DNA of 32,000 nucleotides from Candidatus Saccharimonadota bacterium (GCF_047555085.1 NZ_CP180230.1:450001-482000); one strand, 5' to 3'. Positions 17,681 to 26,578 are shown, counted from the first letter of the stretch. Made by a program: numbers and translations. The notes: generated by a model not told the origin, from the sequence alone.

Positions 17681-17695
17681 GGCCGGAAATAAAAA
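17681..17695 (+). repeat. Copy 2 of the 15-nt direct repeat GGCCGGAAATAAAAA.
   Basis: Exact match to 16778-16792. It lies in the spacer upstream of LamG paralogue 2. Confidence 0.85.
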
Positions 17696-17722
17696 TAAAC
17701 CCTCGTTCCCAATACTTGTTTA

Positions 17723-18523
17723 ATGCCGAAACTTTCATGGAGCAGCGATGATTTCAGAGACAGTCAGGACAGTTCCGGAACAACTACAGAGAAAATTTCC
17801 GGTGGAGGGCTTGAACAGGGATATTTCCATGGATCTTTGACTCAGGGCCTGAAGGCATACTATACTTTTGATTCCGGTTCCGGTTCTACAGCTATCGATG
17901 AGGCCCTGAAAAATGATGGAACAGTTAATGGAGCATCATGGAGCACAGGAAAAATCGATGGAGGCCTTGACTTCAGCGGCGGGAACTACTACGTGGGTGC
18001 TCCTTCGCTGGGAGATACTTTGAGCGGTGCGAGCGGCGGTTTCACTGTTTCTGCCTGGGTGAACTTTGCAAGTTTCGGGAACAACTGGTATCCTGTTCTC
18101 TGGCTTGAAGCCGGATACAATGTTCGACTCCGTGAAGACGATGGTTCCCGGCGTTCAGACGGAAACAGAGGATTCGGACTCCATATAAACGACGGTGGAA
18201 GCTGGACATGGGATGCCAGCGTACCGACATCAAATCTTTCGACAGGTACATGGCATCATTTCGTTGGAGTATACAATGATTCAAGCAATACAGCAAAATT
18301 CTACGTCGACGGTGTCAAACAGGGCGAACAATCGACAGGAAGGCCTTCAGCCAATTCCGGACAGAACAGTTTCATGGCGGAAGCCGAAAATGATAGAAGG
18401 TACAGGGATGGAAAACTTGATGAAGTACGTATCTATGACAGGCCTCTTTCAGAGCCCGAAATAAAAGCATTATACAGTCTTACAGTTCCTTCAAATGTTT
18501 CTCCAGGTGATACTGTAGTATGA
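17723..18523 (+). CDS. LamG / ConA-like lectin-fold protein, paralogue 2.
   Basis: MPKLSWSSDDFRDSQDSSGT...QGYFHGSLTQGL parallels paralogue 1. It also has WHHFVGVY and GKLDEVRIYDRPLSEPEIKALY. Its stop overlaps the next start (ATGA at 18520-18523). Confidence 0.82.
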   Translation: MPKLSWSSDDFRDSQDSSGTTTEKISGGGLEQGYFHGSLTQGLKAYYTFDSGSGSTAIDEALKNDGTVNGASWSTGKIDGGLDFSGGNYYVGAPSLGDTLSGASGGFTVSAWVNFASFGNNWYPVLWLEAGYNVRLREDDGSRRSDGNRGFGLHINDGGSWTWDASVPTSNLSTGTWHHFVGVYNDSSNTAKFYVDGVKQGEQSTGRPSANSGQNSFMAEAENDRRYRDGKLDEVRIYDRPLSEPEIKALYSLTVPSNVSPGDTVV

Positions 18524-19830
18524 CAGGTCTTGTCGGATGGTGGCCTCTCAACGAAGATTCTGGAAGCACAGCATACGACTTATCAGGAAACAATAATCAC
18601 GGAACTCTGAATGGCGGTGTTACAAAAGGTGTAGCAGGTAAAGGAGGTCTGACAGGCTACGGTTTCGATAAGAGCAGCGGCGACAACGTTTCTTTCCCTG
18701 ATTCTCCTGTTCTTGATCTATCCACTGTCTCAGTTTTTGCATGGATAAGGCCCAGGAATCCGACTTCGAACGGCGTGGACGGAGTTGTCGTTAAAGGCGG
18801 CTCCAGTACAAGAAACTACCAGCTTGATATAGACTCCAGTCAGGGACTGGCATGGTACGATGAGAACGGCGGATCCCTGCATTCTGGTGTGATGCCTGAA
18901 CAGGGAAAGTGGACGCATGTAGGCGCAACATTCCAGAACGGGACGCTCAAGCTTTACGTCGACGGAGAGCTTGTCGCAACTGAGGAGGGCCGGCCGTCAC
19001 TGCCTTCTTCATCTGAATCAGGAGCAGTAGGAACAGACAATCATGGAAACTTTTTCGACGGCGACATATCCGATATCAGAATATATAATAGATCTTTACA
19101 GGCCTCAGAGATCCAGGCCTTGTATGACTGGGGATCCGGCGATTACGCAAGGCCTCTGAATAATCAGAACAGTTCTTCAGCGGTCTCAAGATGGAGTTTC
19201 AATTCATCTGGTGCTGATGACGTTTGGGGTTCGAATTCGGGTACTGTCTCCGGAGCGACTTATCTTTCAGATGGAGGGCCTCGGGAGAACGGGGCCTACA
19301 GTTTCGACGGGAGTAGTAGCAAGATTACTCTGCCGGATGGTACTTTCTCCATAGCTGATGGAGGCAATGATTTTTCGCTTTCACTGTGGTACTATCCAGA
19401 ATCGACAGGTAAGCAGATTCTTGTATCCCTGAGAGGGGATTGGAACTGGCAGCTACAGTACGACGCTCTGGGAAACAGCAAGATACGGTTTATAAACTAC
19501 GATGGCAGCTCTAACAGGACTGTTGAAACATCGAGAGCTATCGAAACCGGTCACTGGTACCACGTCACTGCAGCATACAGCTCTTCAGGAACAGGCAGGA
19601 TATACGTTAATGGCGTGGATGAGGCCTCTGGAAGTCTATGGACTAATCCTCAGCAGACCAGTAATGGAAACTTTATTGGAGTCTTCGATGACTACAAAGA
19701 GTACTTGAACGGCGTTATTGATGATTTAAGACTCTACAGCAAATTTATTCAACCTTCGGAAGTTTCTCAGCTGTACAGATACGGCACCGGAGGCCGAGAT
19801 ATGAGAAAATTTACAGTAAATTCGAGGTGA
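18520..19830 (+). CDS. Protein with two LamG / ConA-like lectin-fold modules.
   Basis: There are two modules. The first starts WWPLNEDSGSTAYDLSGNNNHGTL. They close with GDISDIRIYNRSLQASEIQALY and GVIDDLRLYSKFIQPSEVSQLY. No signal peptide. Confidence 0.82.
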   Translation: MTGLVGWWPLNEDSGSTAYDLSGNNNHGTLNGGVTKGVAGKGGLTGYGFDKSSGDNVSFPDSPVLDLSTVSVFAWIRPRNPTSNGVDGVVVKGGSSTRNYQLDIDSSQGLAWYDENGGSLHSGVMPEQGKWTHVGATFQNGTLKLYVDGELVATEEGRPSLPSSSESGAVGTDNHGNFFDGDISDIRIYNRSLQASEIQALYDWGSGDYARPLNNQNSSSAVSRWSFNSSGADDVWGSNSGTVSGATYLSDGGPRENGAYSFDGSSSKITLPDGTFSIADGGNDFSLSLWYYPESTGKQILVSLRGDWNWQLQYDALGNSKIRFINYDGSSNRTVETSRAIETGHWYHVTAAYSSSGTGRIYVNGVDEASGSLWTNPQQTSNGNFIGVFDDYKEYLNGVIDDLRLYSKFIQPSEVSQLYRYGTGGRDMRKFTVNSR

Positions 19831-19836
19831 TATAAA

Positions 19837-20496
19837 ATGACTTTGATTGGATACTGGCCTCTGAATGAGGCCTCAGGAACTACAGCATACGATCACTCCG
19901 GGAATGAGAATCATGGAGTTGTAGGTAATTCTCCTGTGCTGGGGCAGTCCGGAGTACTTGATGGAAAGGCCTATGATTTTACAGGGAACAATGGCAACGT
20001 CGATGTTGATCCTGGATACTTTGATTCTTCAAGTGATTTCACGATAAGCTTCTGGATATATCCTACAGATACTTCTGCCAATGATCAGAGGATCTTCGAT
20101 ATGAGAGGAGACATTGCACTGATACCGAATATTAACCGTTCAGGGAACGGAGATCTGGAGGTATGGATAAACGGGAACGAAAATACTGTATCAGATATAT
20201 CTGAAAACATGTGGCAGTTCATCACTGTTGTTTATACAGCATCTGAAAACAATCTGGAAATATTCAAAGACGGAGTCTCTGCAAACAGCTTCAACACGGA
20301 TATAAACACTTCAAGCGAAGATTCCCTGATGTGGAGCGGGAACGCAAACTATGATGGCGGAGCCGGCGATACACCGATAGAAGGCAGACTCTGTGAGTGC
20401 CGACTTTACGACAGGCCTCTGACTGAAAATGAAATCCAGTACCTCTACAGCGTCGGAAAAAGAGGCCTGCAGACGAGTTCCATAAAATCCAGCTAG
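19837..20496 (+). CDS. LamG / ConA-like lectin-fold protein, paralogue 4.
   Basis: It has YWPLNEASGTTAYDHSGNENHGVV and closes with GRLCECRLYDRPLTENEIQYLY. An SD-like AGGTGAT (19825-19831) precedes the ATG. Confidence 0.8.
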   Translation: MTLIGYWPLNEASGTTAYDHSGNENHGVVGNSPVLGQSGVLDGKAYDFTGNNGNVDVDPGYFDSSSDFTISFWIYPTDTSANDQRIFDMRGDIALIPNINRSGNGDLEVWINGNENTVSDISENMWQFITVVYTASENNLEIFKDGVSANSFNTDINTSSEDSLMWSGNANYDGGAGDTPIEGRLCECRLYDRPLTENEIQYLYSVGKRGLQTSSIKSS

Positions 20497-20503
20497 AGAT
20501 TTT

Positions 20504-20755
20504 TTATTCAGTTTTGATTTCCTCGATTTTTTCCTCCAGTTCTTCGGAGGCCTCTCCGGATGTACCCCATCTGGCGACTATCCATACAGAGGCCAGAAAT
20601 ATTACGCCCCATGCCAGTGTAGCGTACTCCTGCGGTACGTAGAGTTCAAATAATCCGCTGATCACTCCTTCAAGCGCGAAAACTATAATCACAGGCCCGA
20701 CTATTTCACGGGGGAGAAAATGATCGATGTAAGTCTTGAAGACGTTCCTATCCAT
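20504..20755 (-). CDS. Small membrane protein (2 TM) with an acidic C-terminal tail.
   Basis: Hydrophobic helices VGPVIIVFALEGVISGLF and LAWGVIFLASVWIVA. Confidence 0.5.
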   Translation of the reverse strand: MDRNVFKTYIDHFLPREIVGPVIIVFALEGVISGLFELYVPQEYATLAWGVIFLASVWIVARWGTSGEASEELEEKIEEIKTE

Positions 20756-20794
20756 AATAAAGAGTCTTTGACTAGCCGGCTAAAAATATTTTTC

Positions 20795-21082
20795 CTACTC
20801 TCTGTACAGAAAAAGATCCATATCCTCTTCGATAAACTCGAGTTCATCTGATTCCCTGCTACCGTACTCAAGTGCATCCCTGATTTCTCTGTAACTGTAT
20901 GGAGGCCTGATATCATCTTTTACCTCGTGCACCTGAAAGATTTCTCTTCCATCCAGATCCTCGAGTACGGGAGCAACAAAGTTTTCGTATACATGTGAGG
21001 CCTTTCTTTCACGGGCCTGCTCAACATCCTCACTGGATGCGGTATAAAGGCCTGTGAAATGTATGTTTTCCAGTATCTCCAT
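20795..21082 (-). CDS. Hypothetical small acidic protein.
   Basis: 95-aa ORF with acidic composition. No motif recognised. Confidence 0.45.
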   Translation of the reverse strand: MEILENIHFTGLYTASSEDVEQARERKASHVYENFVAPVLEDLDGREIFQVHEVKDDIRPPYSYREIRDALEYGSRESDELEFIEEDMDLFLYRE

Positions 21083-21176
21083 GATCTCTGAAGGCTTTTT
21101 CCCTGTAAAATCTGAAAAAGGCTTTGTCGTGTTTGATCGGAAAGTAGTTTAACTTTTGGCGACTCTTTGAGACTGG

Positions 21177-21695
21177 ATGGGAGAAATCGATCCGTTTGAA
21201 CTTCTGGAAGAAGTGCCTGAAGGCTTGGAAGAGGCTCTTGTTGATCCTGACGGCTATAATTTCAGGCCTGAAAGCTACGATCAGGAGATTCTCTATCCCG
21301 ATCACATGTCGGTAAGGGTTTCAGTGGTTGATCTGGAAAACGATAACGTCCAGATACGCTACAATACACAGGTAGGCCGTGAAAAATATACTGCCGTCCT
21401 GATGGAAGACGAGTTCACACTGGTCGAAAGCACGGCAACAGTAACTATTGACAACGTCTCCAGCGAATCAGATCTGTACTACCTCGTCACCGATGAAGAT
21501 GTTTTCCTGCATGAAGGAAGAAAATTCAGCGAATCCAAAAACACCGCAGTAAAAGAAGTCGCCGAACTCTCCGAAAAATTCTATCAACAGGCCCTGGAAG
21601 AAAGAAAAGAACAATCACAGAGCCAGGCGGATGAAGAATTTTCTGGGCCTGATCCTGTCCCGCCGCCAGAGAACGACGAAATGTTTCCCGAATAA
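21177..21695 (+). CDS. Hypothetical acidic protein.
   Basis: 172-aa ORF, highly acidic. No motif recognised. Confidence 0.5.
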   Translation: MGEIDPFELLEEVPEGLEEALVDPDGYNFRPESYDQEILYPDHMSVRVSVVDLENDNVQIRYNTQVGREKYTAVLMEDEFTLVESTATVTIDNVSSESDLYYLVTDEDVFLHEGRKFSESKNTAVKEVAELSEKFYQQALEERKEQSQSQADEEFSGPDPVPPPENDEMFPE

Positions 21696-21831
21696 CTGGC
21701 GTAGATTTTAAGTGCAGATACATTCTAAATTCTCTGTAAGATCCTAGAGGCCTGTAAATTCTTCCAGGTGGAGAAAAATGATTGAAAACAGCGAATTATC
21801 TGTTAAGAAAAGTTTAAAGGTGTCGGTTTAA

Positions 21832-22575
21832 GTGCTGGGAAGACAGCATCTGATGCTTTCAGTAGCAACTGCTACAGTGCTTCTTATTCCTTTTATCCAG
21901 TCCTATCAGGGCTTTGTACTTGTTGCATTTGTCGGCACGGCGATAGGATCGCTGATTCCGGATGTCGATGCTGCGGATGCTTCTGTGTTCCACAGGCATA
22001 TCAGAGGCCTTGATTCTGAGCCAGGGAAAGCAGTAGGAAGTTTTATCGGGCCTGTACTCCCTGTATTCGGGTATACAACGAAGTATATGATTTACAGGCC
22101 TCTTGTCTGGCTTTTCAATCTTTTTTCAGTGAACTACAGCTTCCATGATAGTCACAGAAGTTTCTCACATTCTATCATAGGTGTTTTTGCTATGACGTCT
22201 GTGACAGGCCTGTATATTTCTCCTGTGCTGATGTATCTCGGATTTTTTTCCGTTCCTCATTTGGCAGTTTTTCTTTCGGCCTATGCTTTCGGTGCGTTGC
22301 TTCACATGCTGGAGGACAGCTGTACGAAAAGCGGGATTGCCTGGAACGAGCCGTTCTCCAGCAGAAAACTGAAAGGAGATCTGACGACAGGAGAGGATAT
22401 CAGAAAGCCCCGTATACTTCTCTACATGCTTGGAGGCCTTACTGTGCCTGTCTTCTATCTTTCTTTTGTCTCGAGTAGAGGCCTTGAACTTTTCGAGGTA
22501 TCGCTTCTGAGTTTTGCTCTTGTGTCTCTTGCATGGATAATATTCATGGCTTTCGTGGATGTCAGGATAGAATAG
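21832..22575 (+). CDS. Membrane-bound metal-dependent hydrolase, YdjM/DUF457 family.
   Basis: MLGRQHL...IGSLIPDVD...HRSFSHS...HMLEDSCTKSGI matches the conserved His/Asp pattern of PF04307 across multiple TM helices. GTG start. Confidence 0.7.
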   Translation: MLGRQHLMLSVATATVLLIPFIQSYQGFVLVAFVGTAIGSLIPDVDAADASVFHRHIRGLDSEPGKAVGSFIGPVLPVFGYTTKYMIYRPLVWLFNLFSVNYSFHDSHRSFSHSIIGVFAMTSVTGLYISPVLMYLGFFSVPHLAVFLSAYAFGALLHMLEDSCTKSGIAWNEPFSSRKLKGDLTTGEDIRKPRILLYMLGGLTVPVFYLSFVSSRGLELFEVSLLSFALVSLAWIIFMAFVDVRIE

Positions 22576-22584
22576 GAACTTTTT

Positions 22585-24123
22585 TTGAAAAATTATATTA
22601 GCCGTCCGGCCTCTGTTCTATACGTGAATCTGCGAAAATCCGGTAAAACAATTTTACTTGTATCTCTGCTGGCTTTTGTAGCAGCTGTCTCGCTAGGCCA
22701 GAACTCTTTCTGTGACTCCACTGGAACGAACTCGGAATGTATAATAAATCAGAGTCACGGCCTGTACACGGATGAATACGGATTCTCTTCAGTCTTTGTC
22801 TCAGAGGCCTCAGCTATTTTCACTTCTGAGGGGATGGCGAACATCCAGATATTCAACGAATCGTTTATCTCGGGTCTGTGGGAGGGAAGTTTCAACATCT
22901 CCGCTGACAGGCCTAAAGTTGTTTCAGGAGCCAGTTTCAGGCCTTTAAGCGGAAGGATAATCGTCGGGAGTCCTGTGCCTGATGAGATGCCGGATACATA
23001 CGTTGAAGCATGCAGTAATGTCTCTGGTTCAAGCGGTGTCTACACTATTAATCCTGAAGGCGTCCAGGAGTTCGAGGCCTACTGTGATATGGAGACTGAC
23101 GGTGGAGGCTGGACACTGGTCGCGACGTACGCCGATGATGGAAACGATTACTGGACTTCCAGCAACAGATCGAATATTATATCCGGGAATACGTACGGGA
23201 CAGTTCAGGAAGGAATAAATGATCAGGACTACCAGTCAGAGGCCTACACAGAGATAAACGCGGATGAAGTCATGGTCAGGAGGGGAGATAATCCAGACAA
23301 GTATCTGATCTACGGTACTGTACTGGATAATCAGTCGCTTGAGTCTCGTTATCCCGGCGGAGAAACTGTGGTTGGAGATTTCCATCCGTGGGAGGCCTCA
23401 GGTTCCTGGTGGCGCCAGTGTGGAACAGATCTTGCTTTAAGACTTCAGACACCGGACAGCGATGATGGAGAATCCTGGAACGGAGCACACGGAGGATACG
23501 GCTTCTACTGGGAGAGCGTCAACAACGGGGACTGCAGGTGGGACGATTATGCCGGAGGAGTCTACGGAGACGACGGCGCATGGGGAATGTACAGTGAAAA
23601 CACGTGGAACAGAGGCCTCTTCTACGAGCAGAACTACGGAGGATCAAGCATGGAGGTCTTCGTCAGGAAAGAGCCACAGCAGTACGAGTACAAGGGAATA
23701 GATAAAGGATACGTCAGCGGAAACCTGGAATGGCACGCAAACCAGTGGGGAGGATCCAGTAACACCGGAGAAATCGATATCACGTGTCCGGGAGGCGACA
23801 GCTCCTGCTGGTTCTACTCACAGGGCAAAAACTTTACAGGAACTGATATACAGAGCATAAATAATGGTATAGCTGTAGCAGAGGGCGGAAGCACTGATTA
23901 CAGGATTATGTACTCGGCTGAAAGCGTCCACTCAAGATTCAACTCGAATCCTCACAACAGTAACGCAGACCACTTCATAGCCGTTCACTACAGTGGAAAC
24001 GGGCGCTGGACGTACGACGACAACGGCAACCTCAACACGTTCATCCCGAGAAAAACAGATATAATCCTCGGAGAGTTCACCGAAGGAGTCTCAAACCTCA
24101 ACACGTACGAAGGCCAGGAATAG
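22585..24123 (+). CDS. Secreted protein with a fibrinogen-related-domain (FReD)-like segment.
   Basis: It has a signal/anchor peptide. The segment CSNVSGSSGVYTINPEGVQEFEAYCDMETDGGGWTLVATY closely resembles the sGvY.I.p......vyCDM.tdGGGWTv core of the fibrinogen C-terminal domain (PF00147). The likely real start is GTG 22624. Confidence 0.6.
   Translation: MKNYISRPASVLYVNLRKSGKTILLVSLLAFVAAVSLGQNSFCDSTGTNSECIINQSHGLYTDEYGFSSVFVSEASAIFTSEGMANIQIFNESFISGLWEGSFNISADRPKVVSGASFRPLSGRIIVGSPVPDEMPDTYVEACSNVSGSSGVYTINPEGVQEFEAYCDMETDGGGWTLVATYADDGNDYWTSSNRSNIISGNTYGTVQEGINDQDYQSEAYTEINADEVMVRRGDNPDKYLIYGTVLDNQSLESRYPGGETVVGDFHPWEASGSWWRQCGTDLALRLQTPDSDDGESWNGAHGGYGFYWESVNNGDCRWDDYAGGVYGDDGAWGMYSENTWNRGLFYEQNYGGSSMEVFVRKEPQQYEYKGIDKGYVSGNLEWHANQWGGSSNTGEIDITCPGGDSSCWFYSQGKNFTGTDIQSINNGIAVAEGGSTDYRIMYSAESVHSRFNSNPHNSNADHFIAVHYSGNGRWTYDDNGNLNTFIPRKTDIILGEFTEGVSNLNTYEGQE
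22593..22600 (+). promoter_or_regulatory. TATA-like element TTATATTA, about 27 nt upstream of the alternative GTG start at 22624.
   Basis: If translation starts at GTG 22624, the product begins MNLRKSGKTILLVSLLAFVAAVSLG, a textbook signal peptide. The A/T box then sits at the leaderless-promoter distance. Confidence 0.35.
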
Positions 24124-24160
24124 AACGGATAATTTCCCTTTTTTAAGCTCCTTCACAACT

Positions 24161-24168
24161 ATTAAAAA
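24161..24168 (+). promoter_or_regulatory. TATA-like element ATTAAAAA, about 26 nt upstream of the ATG at 24191.
   Basis: Position and composition are consistent with a promoter for a leaderless mRNA. Confidence 0.35.
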
Positions 24169-24190
24169 TTGTTGTTACTTTATAGTAAAT

Positions 24191-25369
24191 ATGAATCTTT
24201 CCCGTCGTGAACTTCTGAAGACGACCGGTGCGATGCTTGCCGCAGGCGCTACAGCCACAAGCAATCCAAGGCCTGAAGGAGCATCTGCGGGATTTGAAGA
24301 GCTCCGGGAAAGCGTTGAAGACAGAAGAAGTTTCCGGGAGGAAAACGCCGGAGCAACTATATACCTTGGAAGTGCAGATACTCTGGATAAAAGCGTATCC
24401 GGAGGATCAGTATACGATAACACTGATTTCAACGATGTCGAGAGGATGCTTGAAGAAGGAAAAAGGCCTGAGGAAGTAGTCTCGTCCGATAGCTCTGAAC
24501 TTCATCACTCCGGTGGAGATTCAGCTCAAGTTGTTAGAGAACGAAGCGAAGAAGTCAAACTTGTATACATGTCCGAAGATGGAGAAAGGCCTCTTGAAAG
24601 CTATGCTGAATCTCTTCAGCAGGCCTTCCGGCAGCTTGATCCATCCGTAGATATTGATGTAACAGTAGAGACTGTGCAGCCGGATCAGGAAGATGTTGAA
24701 TCTCTTGAAGATGTTTCTTCAGGGGAGTTCGAAGGCCTGAAAGCTGATCTTGATCTGAAGAACAAGTACTCCGGGAGAGGACAGGAGCCTGTCTTCCTTG
24801 TTGAGAGTGATATACTTCCTGATGCAGGAGGTGTCTCCGACTACATGACAGGAGTGGCTTTTGTCGAGCTTACAGAGGACGAGGCCTGGAACAGACACGT
24901 CGTCAATCATGAGACAGGTCATTCACTGCTGGGGCTGCCGCATCATTTTCATGAAGACGGTGCGATGAGCTACAATCCTGAAGCGAACAGGGATGAAAGC
25001 TTCCATCCAAGAAGCAGGATGATGGCGAAAGCTTTACTCACAGGACAGACAGATTACAACGTCAGGGACAGAACAGTTACAGGCATATTCGACGGAGAGC
25101 AGAAGGAGAAAAGATACAAACAGATTGATATAATGCATAACTCCCGTGATCTCGGAACAGAGGCCGTGACACAGGATTTCTTCCATCATCTGGAGACCTA
25201 CGTGGAACAGGTACTGGGATACGACATGAGTTCCTGGGAGCCTGAAAGACATGAAATAGTGGAGGAAGATGATGGAGTCTACGACATCGCGGTATACAGC
25301 CACAGGGATGGATCAGAGATGCAGCTGAAAGTGGACAGTTACATCGAGGAAATGAAGCTTGAAAATTAG
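24191..25369 (+). CDS. Tat-secreted protein with a zinc-metallopeptidase-like HExxH motif.
   Basis: Twin-arginine signal MNLSRRELLKTTGAMLAAGATA. The motif HETGHSLLGLPHH resembles an extended zincin/metzincin site, but with one extra residue before the Gly. Confidence 0.6.
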   Translation: MNLSRRELLKTTGAMLAAGATATSNPRPEGASAGFEELRESVEDRRSFREENAGATIYLGSADTLDKSVSGGSVYDNTDFNDVERMLEEGKRPEEVVSSDSSELHHSGGDSAQVVRERSEEVKLVYMSEDGERPLESYAESLQQAFRQLDPSVDIDVTVETVQPDQEDVESLEDVSSGEFEGLKADLDLKNKYSGRGQEPVFLVESDILPDAGGVSDYMTGVAFVELTEDEAWNRHVVNHETGHSLLGLPHHFHEDGAMSYNPEANRDESFHPRSRMMAKALLTGQTDYNVRDRTVTGIFDGEQKEKRYKQIDIMHNSRDLGTEAVTQDFFHHLETYVEQVLGYDMSSWEPERHEIVEEDDGVYDIAVYSHRDGSEMQLKVDSYIEEMKLEN

Positions 25370-25401
25370 AGATACAAAAAATTCTCCACAAAAAAGAGAT
25401 T

Positions 25402-25713
25402 ATGGATCTTCCGGAAAAACTGAACGAAGTTAAAGGCGTCAAAAACGTGAAAAACCGTGACTCAGGCCTCAGAATCAATCTATTCACAGAGCCTGTCGGG
25501 ACTGACGCCGAAAAAATCAGAGGAGATCTCAGAAGTATCAGCCAGAGAATCCGGAAAAAACTGGAACAGGCCCGTGAAAACGGCGAGATAAACGGATGGG
25601 ACTGGAAAATCAAGCCGAAGAAAAGATACACAGAGACAGGCCTAGGGAACACAGTTAAAGACAGAAAGGAGAAAGGATACAGTCCCGCATACTACGTGGT
25701 ATCAATCAGGTGA
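25402..25713 (+). CDS. Hypothetical small basic protein.
   Basis: 103-aa K/R-rich ORF, unusual among the acidic neighbours. No motif recognised. Its 3' end overlaps the convergent gene by 8 nt. Confidence 0.4.
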   Translation: MDLPEKLNEVKGVKNVKNRDSGLRINLFTEPVGTDAEKIRGDLRSISQRIRKKLEQARENGEINGWDWKIKPKKRYTETGLGNTVKDRKEKGYSPAYYVVSIR

Positions 25714-26578
25714 AACGTGTCTCGTAGTCATTTTTCTCTGCAAAATACTTCAGAACTTTTAACTCCGATTCAGAGGCCTTTATACGGTAGTTCGAGCTTC
25801 TTCCGCCGTATTTCTCTACTACGTCGAGTTCCTTCATCGCACGCATGAACGGAGCTGTACCTGACTCGACGTCGCTGGAGGCCAGTGCAGATCTCAGAGG
25901 ATTCTGCTCCACATCAAGAATCTCCTGCAGTGCTTCAGGCCTTGAAAGCATACTGGAGTAGACATGAGGATTACTTGTTTCCAGGGCGTCTACTCTGTCG
26001 AGGAGATATGCCAAGTCCTTGATCTCGTCTACGTCCGCATCCTCCAGGATGAAGTTTTCACTGCCGTAGCCGTTTTCGGATCTGTTCCTGACATGGCCTT
26101 CAAGTATATCCCCTGTAAAGTTTTCAGGCCTGAAACTGAATCCTTCCTCCAGTTCCTGGATGCAGTACTCCCATAACTCTTCAGGAGGATTCGAGGAAGC
26201 GTTTCTGTAATCTACAGCTTTGCGTTTCTCCACATCAGCTTTCTCCGCTAACTCCTCAGTACTGAAGCTTCTGAAGACAAGTTTCTGGACTTCATCATCG
26301 ACATCGACACGTCTACCCCACCTGTTGTACCTGTCGTTCACAAAGGCCTCTGGATCAGACAGATCAAGCACAGGAACAGTATCAAATACAGATAGTATAC
26401 GTCCTGCACGATCAATATCAACTGTCTGACGCTCGCCGTCCCTGTAATCGTATACGCTCTGTATATCAAGATTCAGGGCCTCTCTCAAGTCGGAATCCGT
26501 CTGGAAGTATACGTCGAGGCCTTCAAAGATCGCGGCCCATTCCTGGGGGTCTATATCGACGGCGAGAGACGAAACCAT
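25706..26578 (-). CDS. Hypothetical acidic protein, possibly with a C-terminal winged-helix-like region.
   Basis: 290-aa ORF. The C-terminal segment APFMRAMKELDVVEKYGGRSSNYRIKASESELKVLKYF looks wHTH-like, but the assignment is weak. Confidence 0.5.
   Translation of the reverse strand: MVSSLAVDIDPQEWAAIFEGLDVYFQTDSDLREALNLDIQSVYDYRDGERQTVDIDRAGRILSVFDTVPVLDLSDPEAFVNDRYNRWGRRVDVDDEVQKLVFRSFSTEELAEKADVEKRKAVDYRNASSNPPEELWEYCIQELEEGFSFRPENFTGDILEGHVRNRSENGYGSENFILEDADVDEIKDLAYLLDRVDALETSNPHVYSSMLSRPEALQEILDVEQNPLRSALASSDVESGTAPFMRAMKELDVVEKYGGRSSNYRIKASESELKVLKYFAEKNDYETRFT

Noticed and set aside
16799-20496. The LamG array as targets of a diversity-generating retroelement, or as part of a provirus (receptor-binding proteins).
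   Set aside because: No reverse transcriptase, no template/variable repeat pair, and no capsid, terminase, portal or integrase genes are detectable in the window. AGGCCT density across the array is native-like.
25077-25652. 191-aa minus-strand ORF, overlapping the end of 24191..25369 and most of 25402..25713.
   Set aside because: It overlaps two plus-strand ORFs, one of which has Tat-signal and HExxH support. Its composition is proline/serine/arginine-rich and low-complexity. It is most likely a shadow ORF. Its presence does lower my confidence in the 25402 ORF somewhat.
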